Origin: Nitrosopumilus sp.
Lineage (GTDB): Archaea > Thermoproteota > Nitrososphaeria > Nitrososphaerales > Nitrosopumilaceae
Direction: 5' to 3'
Length of the DNA: 64,000 bases
Assembly (NCBI GenBank): GCA_965205215.1
Contig: OZ242041.1
Coordinates: forward strand, 800,001-864,000
Below the pieces are notes generated by a model. The model searched no databases. It was not told the DNA's origin and saw only the letters and a program-made list of their open reading frames with translations. Both the position numbers and the translations under genes were made by a program. Below, piece after piece: positions 58,948 to 64,000 of this stretch; within the stretch, counting starts at the first letter, position 1; each line of letters begins with the position of its first letter.

Positions 58948-60473
58948 GCCCCGTTGCCACCCCCTACGGCAAACTTCTTCATCTCGCTTTTCTGCTGCTC
59001 CAGCTCGTGTACTATGGTGCCCAAGTCATCGCGCCACTCCTCCGAGAGCACCTTGGTGATCTTGGGGTATATCCTAGAATGTTGGGCCATTCCCTGCGAC
59101 TCATGCTCTGTGTTTAGCAGTTTTGATACGAGTAGCGCGGGTACACCACGTTTACTGCATATCCCCTCCAACAGATCTTGTTCTACTACACCAAACCCGC
59201 CCAAGTCCTCTTGGGGCGGGATCAACCTTTCGTCCAGCACTCTTTCGTATATCTGATATGCGGTGTTCTTCCAGTCACCACGCTCCATACGCCATATGCG
59301 CTGTATTTCATGTACCTCTTCGTCCTGTATAAGGCACAGGTGAGGGTCGGGGCCAGTCTGCCGCACCTTTTTTTGCGCCACCAGTATCTTTTCCAAAAAC
59401 TCTCGGCAAAACTCCAGCGTGTATGGTCCGGGAACCAGCTTTGCATACGGGTCAGTGATCTCGTCACCACTGCCGGCCATCTCTAATTCCATCTTTGACT
59501 CCTGTATCTTCTCATCAAAAGCTTTTTTGCGTGAGTCGTCTATCAGCTTCATCTGCCCTGTGCGCCTCTTGAGGGACCTGACCTTTTTCCTTACTGCGGG
59601 ATTCTGGGTAGCCTTTAGTTCGTCTCTCAACTCAAGCAGAGGCTCCATCCAGTCCTCCCCGCTCTCAACCGTATTGCGGAGTGAAACGTCATCCTCTACC
59701 ACCGTGCACGTCCAGCATCCGAACCTGCTGTTGCCGCAGGAGGGAGTGGTGGTATCAACCACCAGGGGGCATTCTGATGCATTTGCATTCTGGTACACGG
59801 CCAAGAGGTCGCGATTGTTTGCGCCCCACGGGTTCTCCTTTTGCAACAGATAACTCCACACGTCCTTTGCGGTAAAGTCGCGGAGCGGTGTGTACACGTA
59901 TGTCTGTGCAAACTTGGAGTGGCGCGACAAGAGGCTGCCCTCTATCTCATATAGGTTCATCAGCTGTTGTCTTGAGCCGCTCTCGTCCTTTCGGGTTCCA
60001 AGCACTACGACCGCCTCGCCGTACTCGGACACCTTTTCTTGGATGAACCTGTCGGCGTTCCGTATCTTTAGGCGCTCCGTACACCATCGAAACAGGTTGC
60101 TTGGGGCAGGAAACCCTTTGCCAAGCAGGCACACCCAGAACGTGTCTTCTATAACAGGCCTGACTAGATTGGTAGATACCGGCAGATGCGTTTTTTTTGA
60201 TGCCTTTTCCATCATGTCCAGCGTGGTGATGATCTGCTCTACTATCTTGGGTGATTCCACCAACGTATCTGATGATATGATGTAGATGCGCTTTGCAAGC
60301 TTGTTAGGCGGCAGCTCTGACAGTGCGCTCCATATCAGCTGCACCATACAGGTGGAGTCCTTGCCCCCACTGAACCCGAGTATCCAGGGACGGTTGTCCC
60401 CCAGGTATACTGAGCGTATCTCATCATGTATGTCCTTGAGGGTTCGCTTTGAAAAAACTGACTTTGCCACCAT
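58944..60473 (-). CDS. dndC: DNA phosphorothioation sulfurtransferase DndC
   Basis: PWILGFSGGKDS, SDTLVE, FRWCTERLKI, ECPLVVD, SCGNSRFGCWTCTVV. Confidence 0.96.
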   Translation of the reverse strand: MVAKSVFSKRTLKDIHDEIRSVYLGDNRPWILGFSGGKDSTCMVQLIWSALSELPPNKLAKRIYIISSDTLVESPKIVEQIITTLDMMEKASKKTHLPVSTNLVRPVIEDTFWVCLLGKGFPAPSNLFRWCTERLKIRNADRFIQEKVSEYGEAVVVLGTRKDESGSRQQLMNLYEIEGSLLSRHSKFAQTYVYTPLRDFTAKDVWSYLLQKENPWGANNRDLLAVYQNANASECPLVVDTTTPSCGNSRFGCWTCTVVEDDVSLRNTVESGEDWMEPLLELRDELKATQNPAVRKKVRSLKRRTGQMKLIDDSRKKAFDEKIQESKMELEMAGSGDEITDPYAKLVPGPYTLEFCREFLEKILVAQKKVRQTGPDPHLCLIQDEEVHEIQRIWRMERGDWKNTAYQIYERVLDERLIPPQEDLGGFGVVEQDLLEGICSKRGVPALLVSKLLNTEHESQGMAQHSRIYPKITKVLSEEWRDDLGTIVHELEQQKSEMKKFAVGGGNGA

Positions 60474-61555
60474 TAGATTCCTCTCTCCACCCTATCCGGT
60501 ACGCCCAGCCTAAACAGAATCTCGTTTGCGGCGCGCTTTATGCCCAGTCGGTTCTTTAGCATCTTGCCGTCCATTACGACCTTGTCTTGCCAGATGGGAC
60601 TGCTGCGGGACCAGTCTATGTTCTGTAGCCCCCTTATCTTTTGCCTCCAGTCCCTGCGCCTAGTGAGTATCTGGCCTACTATGCCCAACGCGTTCAGTAT
60701 GTTTGTGTGGGCGTGCACGTATTGTTTTCTCATGTCATGCGGGGCCATCCTCTTGTCTATCAGCAGGTTCCACTGCGGGATGTTTCTGGATACGTGGATC
60801 CAGTATTCGGCTGCTAACTTCTGCTTTTCTGCAGCAATTGACTTGGTGCTCGTCTTTATATCCAAGAGGCGGCGGGTGGCCTCGCCGACGCCGTTGAGCG
60901 TGAATACCTTATTTGAGCGGTTTGATATGTTGGTTTTTTCCATTTCGGTGCGCCCTGCAAATATATCGATGTCGTTGGCCAGCGTCACCACAAACCTGGC
61001 AAACGTGTCACGGTGGTCGTACAGTAGAGCAAGCGACTTTGTGGGCTTTACTGCGTTCTGATTCAGGTCCGCAAACATTTGCTGACTGTGCTCCAGTCCG
61101 CGATCTTCGAATATCACGACGGGTATTCTCTCCAGCCCCACTTCTTTGTTCTGTTCGTATGCGCTCCTTATCGCCGCGCATCGGTGCTGGCCGTCGTTTA
61201 CCAGTATGGTAGCATTTGAGGGTATTGTTATCGTACCCACCCTGCTCTCGGAGTTTCCCGACGGAATCGGGTCGAATCTCATGAGTTTGTCCACCGAAAC
61301 CGTAATTGCAGAAAACACGTAGTTGGTTGGGTTCTCCAGTATGTACGACGATATTTTGGATATGCGCGACTCCCTGACCTTGCGCTGGGCCCTCATCTCG
61401 GGAGGCACTCTGGAATCCTTGTCAAATGCAAAGTGCTTTACAACCGTGGCAAAGTCGCACATGGCAACGTAGAACTCTCTTCCCGCTTGTATTCCCCTTG
61501 TCGCATGAAACGTCATGGCACCCTCTGCATCACCAGCGTATGCCAGTTTACCCAT
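60473..61555 (-). CDS. dndB: DNA sulfur modification protein DndB (DGQHR domain)
   Basis: RGIQAGREFY, RAQR, YVFSAIT, VNDGQHR, QQMFADLN, LYDHRD; ATTATAAC box 29 nt before ATG 61555. Confidence 0.93.
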   Translation of the reverse strand: MGKLAYAGDAEGAMTFHATRGIQAGREFYVAMCDFATVVKHFAFDKDSRVPPEMRAQRKVRESRISKISSYILENPTNYVFSAITVSVDKLMRFDPIPSGNSESRVGTITIPSNATILVNDGQHRCAAIRSAYEQNKEVGLERIPVVIFEDRGLEHSQQMFADLNQNAVKPTKSLALLYDHRDTFARFVVTLANDIDIFAGRTEMEKTNISNRSNKVFTLNGVGEATRRLLDIKTSTKSIAAEKQKLAAEYWIHVSRNIPQWNLLIDKRMAPHDMRKQYVHAHTNILNALGIVGQILTRRRDWRQKIRGLQNIDWSRSSPIWQDKVVMDGKMLKNRLGIKRAANEILFRLGVPDRVERGI

Positions 61556-61570
61556 GCCACATGTATTTGG

Positions 61571-61588
61571 AAGCATGTTATAATGCTT
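61571..61588. promoter_or_regulatory. Inverted repeat AAGCAT-N6-ATGCTT overlapping the dndB TATA box
   Basis: Perfect 6-bp arms read directly; function inferred. Confidence 0.5.
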
Positions 61589-61658
61589 TACACACATCTT
61601 TTTGTACATCTCATACAACCGGAAACGATGGCAGATCTAAGTATCGGGGCTGTTCCGG

Positions 61659-61790
61659 TCATGGCGCGCTGCTGGCTGGCTGGCACTCACCCTCCCCCCA
61701 ATATTGCTCGCCGTGCTCCAGATGGTTTGCGCAGTATATGTCCCGCTCCGCCGTCTTTTCGCTGCACCTAGCGTACTGACATTTGGACAT
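61659..61790 (-). CDS. Candidate 43-aa CCCH zinc-finger microprotein
   Basis: MSKCQYARCSEKTAERDIYCANHLEHGEQYWGEGECQPASSAP; CTTTTATT 29 nt upstream. Confidence 0.55.
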   Translation of the reverse strand: MSKCQYARCSEKTAERDIYCANHLEHGEQYWGEGECQPASSAP

Positions 61791-61989
61791 GCGCGTCATA
61801 CAGCCGCCCGCAATAAAAGAGGCGTAATCGTTTGAGCGCCTTGATACAATATTGATCCGGAAGCATTCAATTCAAAATCAAATTCTGTTGTGAATTCGGA
61901 ATGTGCCTATCGTTCTAGATCAAGTCACGAATTCGTAACAGAACCTACCAATGCAAAATACTTTTATTTCGTACATCGTCAGCAGATGC

Positions 61990-63006
61990 ATGACTGTCAC
62001 CGAGGAGACGATAGATCGGGATGACGAAATCAAAAATGACTATGTGCTCCTTCGTAACTATAACGAAAACATCCTGCCAATGAGAGAAATACTACTCAAG
62101 ATCGCCATGAATTCCATAAGCCAAATAGAAGAAGACAAATTTCCACTAGGAAATTTTTCGGATAAAGAAAAAATCAAAATAAAGTCAATGTTTCAGATGG
62201 ATATAATTTCGGGCATTATGATGTACGTCGAAGATCTCGCTATTTTGGCGGAATCATTTAGGAGGAAAATTTCGTACTACAAGCTACTGGATCGTTCCGA
62301 TGAAAATGAGGGCGATGCAGGAGATATAATCAGAGATTTTTTTGAATGCCTGAATTCCTTCTCCGATGTGGAATTTCACAGGATTTTGGGATATGCAGAT
62401 CTAAGCCAACTAGAACTGAAGGAAGAAGAAAGACGTCTTGTAGAAAAAGTAATGTTGACAAATATTGCAGAGATAAAGAGAATTCTCATTGAGATAAAAA
62501 AGTTTAGAAGTAGCCACCATCCTGCATTTAGGAGGTTTAAACATGCGGGAGCTCCGTTGATACTAGGCGCGCTAGGGAACGTACCTGAAAATTCTCCACT
62601 TTCCAAATTTGATTCTTACACTCAGGTGTCAAGGGGGAAAAATCCGCTTAAAGACATGATTACAATTCCGTTATCAAAGAATGTTTTGGATGGCTATAAT
62701 ATTATCATTGATGGCATCCGGATTTTTCTGCAAGACTTGGTCAAAAATCACATGGCGTGTACTGAACGAAATCTAGTCGGTATACTCCCAGACCAATCCT
62801 ATTCTCTGGAATATACTCCTGAGGAAAAAAAACTGTATGAAAAAATTATACGTGAGTTTTATGACAAACATCCTCCTCGCACGGATGATCTAAGGAGATT
62901 ACACTTCAAACTCACAATCGAAAAGGAAGACATCATGTGGTATCTTGACCTGCCAAACTTTTTAAGAGAATGCAAAGAACGAAAAGAATACGCTAATAAT
63001 TCATGA
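61990..63006 (+). CDS. AT-rich hypothetical protein, possibly HEPN-like
   Basis: Long helical-looking ORF with YVEDLA and FRRFKH; TTTTATTT box ~29 nt before ATG 61990. Confidence 0.65.
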   Translation: MTVTEETIDRDDEIKNDYVLLRNYNENILPMREILLKIAMNSISQIEEDKFPLGNFSDKEKIKIKSMFQMDIISGIMMYVEDLAILAESFRRKISYYKLLDRSDENEGDAGDIIRDFFECLNSFSDVEFHRILGYADLSQLELKEEERRLVEKVMLTNIAEIKRILIEIKKFRSSHHPAFRRFKHAGAPLILGALGNVPENSPLSKFDSYTQVSRGKNPLKDMITIPLSKNVLDGYNIIIDGIRIFLQDLVKNHMACTERNLVGILPDQSYSLEYTPEEKKLYEKIIREFYDKHPPRTDDLRRLHFKLTIEKEDIMWYLDLPNFLRECKERKEYANNS

Positions 63007-63101
63007 TGTGACCGTAACAGATAGCCTTCTGGTGCTCACGCAGTGGCATGTCGGTTACATGTCACTCCAGTTGTGGTGCAGTTCCACGTAGCGAGATCAA
63101 A

Positions 63102-63374
63102 CTATTTCTTGTGTTGCTCATTAGAACCACTTTGCAGAATTAATTTCTGCTTCAAGAACTGTTGTTTGCGTAGCGGTTCAGGCAACAAGGCAATCAGCTC
63201 ATCAACGGAATCTAAATAATGCTGGACACGCCCACGTGAATAGTCCAGCGCCATGATCACGTTCTCTGTCTTGACCTTGGATGCGTCGTCTTTTGGGCCA
63301 ATGTAGATGGTGGTCTTGCCTGCTTGAAAGTACAGGTACTCTCTGTCCTTGGTAGCCTTGACTGTCATGCCCAT
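63102..63374 (-). CDS. Small integrase-associated protein, probably DNA-binding
   Basis: KDREYLYFQAGKTTIYIGP beta-rich basic motif; divergent from the integrase-like gene. Confidence 0.6.
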   Translation of the reverse strand: MGMTVKATKDREYLYFQAGKTTIYIGPKDDASKVKTENVIMALDYSRGRVQHYLDSVDELIALLPEPLRKQQFLKQKLILQSGSNEQHKK

Positions 63375-63413
63375 TATATTGTTATAAGACATAGCTCCTA
63401 TATTTGACTGTCT

Positions 63414-63465
63414 ATGACTTGTTATGAGTCATCTTTAAATAGTGATATGACTTATAGTAAGTTAT
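63414..63465. promoter_or_regulatory. Two 19-bp palindromic operator-like boxes flanking the integrase TATA box (TTTAAATA at 63434-63441)
   Basis: ATGACTTGTTATGAGTCAT (63414-63432) and ATGACTTATAGTAAGTTAT (63447-63465). Confidence 0.65.
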
Positions 63466-64000
63466 GAAGACAGGCAATGCGGCAGATCGCAAGACATCTG
63501 ACAACCGTGGCACTGGCAGGCAAACGCGCCTTGACCCTGTAGATGGCCATACAGTAACGTCAGACAAGATTGAAATATCCGCGCCGCTTAAGGATCACAC
63601 AAGTGAAGTCGCCGAGAGGCTGACCAATATGGGAACAAACAAGCAGCCAAGAACAACAACAAAAGACACTGCCAAAACAACCAACACAAAACGAGCAAGA
63701 CTTCTAGCCAATATGGACATCAAGCGGTGGTATGATAACCTAGCTCGCGGCAGTCCTCTGACTGCCGAGGGGCGTCTTCGCAGGCTGGGGAGGTTCTGCG
63801 AGATGCACCAGGTGACGCCGATGCAGCTGGCAGACCTGGCCCTCAAAGAACTGAGAACGACAACAGACCTGTTGGAGGATCACATCACCATGATGGAATC
63901 CAAGGGGTACTCGCCGGGATACGTGGACGAGCAGATAAAGGCCGTAAAGTCTTGGTTCCGGCACTTTGACGTCGAAATAAGGAGAAAGATCAGAGTGTCA
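63464..64000 (+). CDS. Site-specific tyrosine recombinase/integrase, N-terminal part (runs off the right edge)
   Basis: Open for 179 codons to the edge: RWYDNLARGSPLTAEGRLRRLGRFCE...LLEDHITMMESKGYSPGY..IKAVKSWFRHFD, a core-binding-domain pattern; catalytic residues are not in the window. Confidence 0.75.
   Translation, partial: MKTGNAADRKTSDNRGTGRQTRLDPVDGHTVTSDKIEISAPLKDHTSEVAERLTNMGTNKQPRTTTKDTAKTTNTKRARLLANMDIKRWYDNLARGSPLTAEGRLRRLGRFCEMHQVTPMQLADLALKELRTTTDLLEDHITMMESKGYSPGYVDEQIKAVKSWFRHFDVEIRRKIRVS

Noticed and set aside
51127-63076. Short inverted match CCACAACTGGA (~51127) / TCCAGTTGTGG (~63066) flanking the dnd block
   Set aside because: Only 11 exact bases, found post hoc, with weak extension; not distinguishable from chance without a genome-wide comparison.

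Overview
High-GC archaeal chromosome segment, most likely Nitrososphaerota (Thaumarchaeota; Nitrosopumilaceae/Cenarchaeum-like). The assignment rests on gene content (aIF6, GINS-MCM-Hel308, rfcS, rpl7ae-rps28e-rpl24e-ndk-infB, Alba, sdhACDB, archease, tRNA-Ser), CFI-box/PEFG-type surface proteins and TATA boxes 29-30 nt before start codons. Positions 1-47.5 kb are mostly core genes, many carrying low-complexity insertions. They are interrupted by a ~4.36 kb three-gene cassette (TPR protein, DUF559-like nuclease, B12-type radical SAM) bounded by 42/43-bp imperfect inverted repeats, and by an HNH nuclease gene. From ~47.5 kb to the right edge is a lower-GC defence/mobile island: an IS630 relic, DUF4145 and PD-(D/E)xK genes, a complete dndBCDEA DNA phosphorothioation cluster, and a tyrosine-integrase-like gene truncated by the edge. 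The strongest candidate for an undescribed system lies directly downstream of dndA, where dndFGH or pbeABCD might be expected: a tightly coupled four-gene module of ParB-family protein, ParB-like HTH protein, beta-CASP metallo-beta-lactamase nuclease and ApeA-like HEPN protein. All calls come from reading motifs by eye; no database searches were run.
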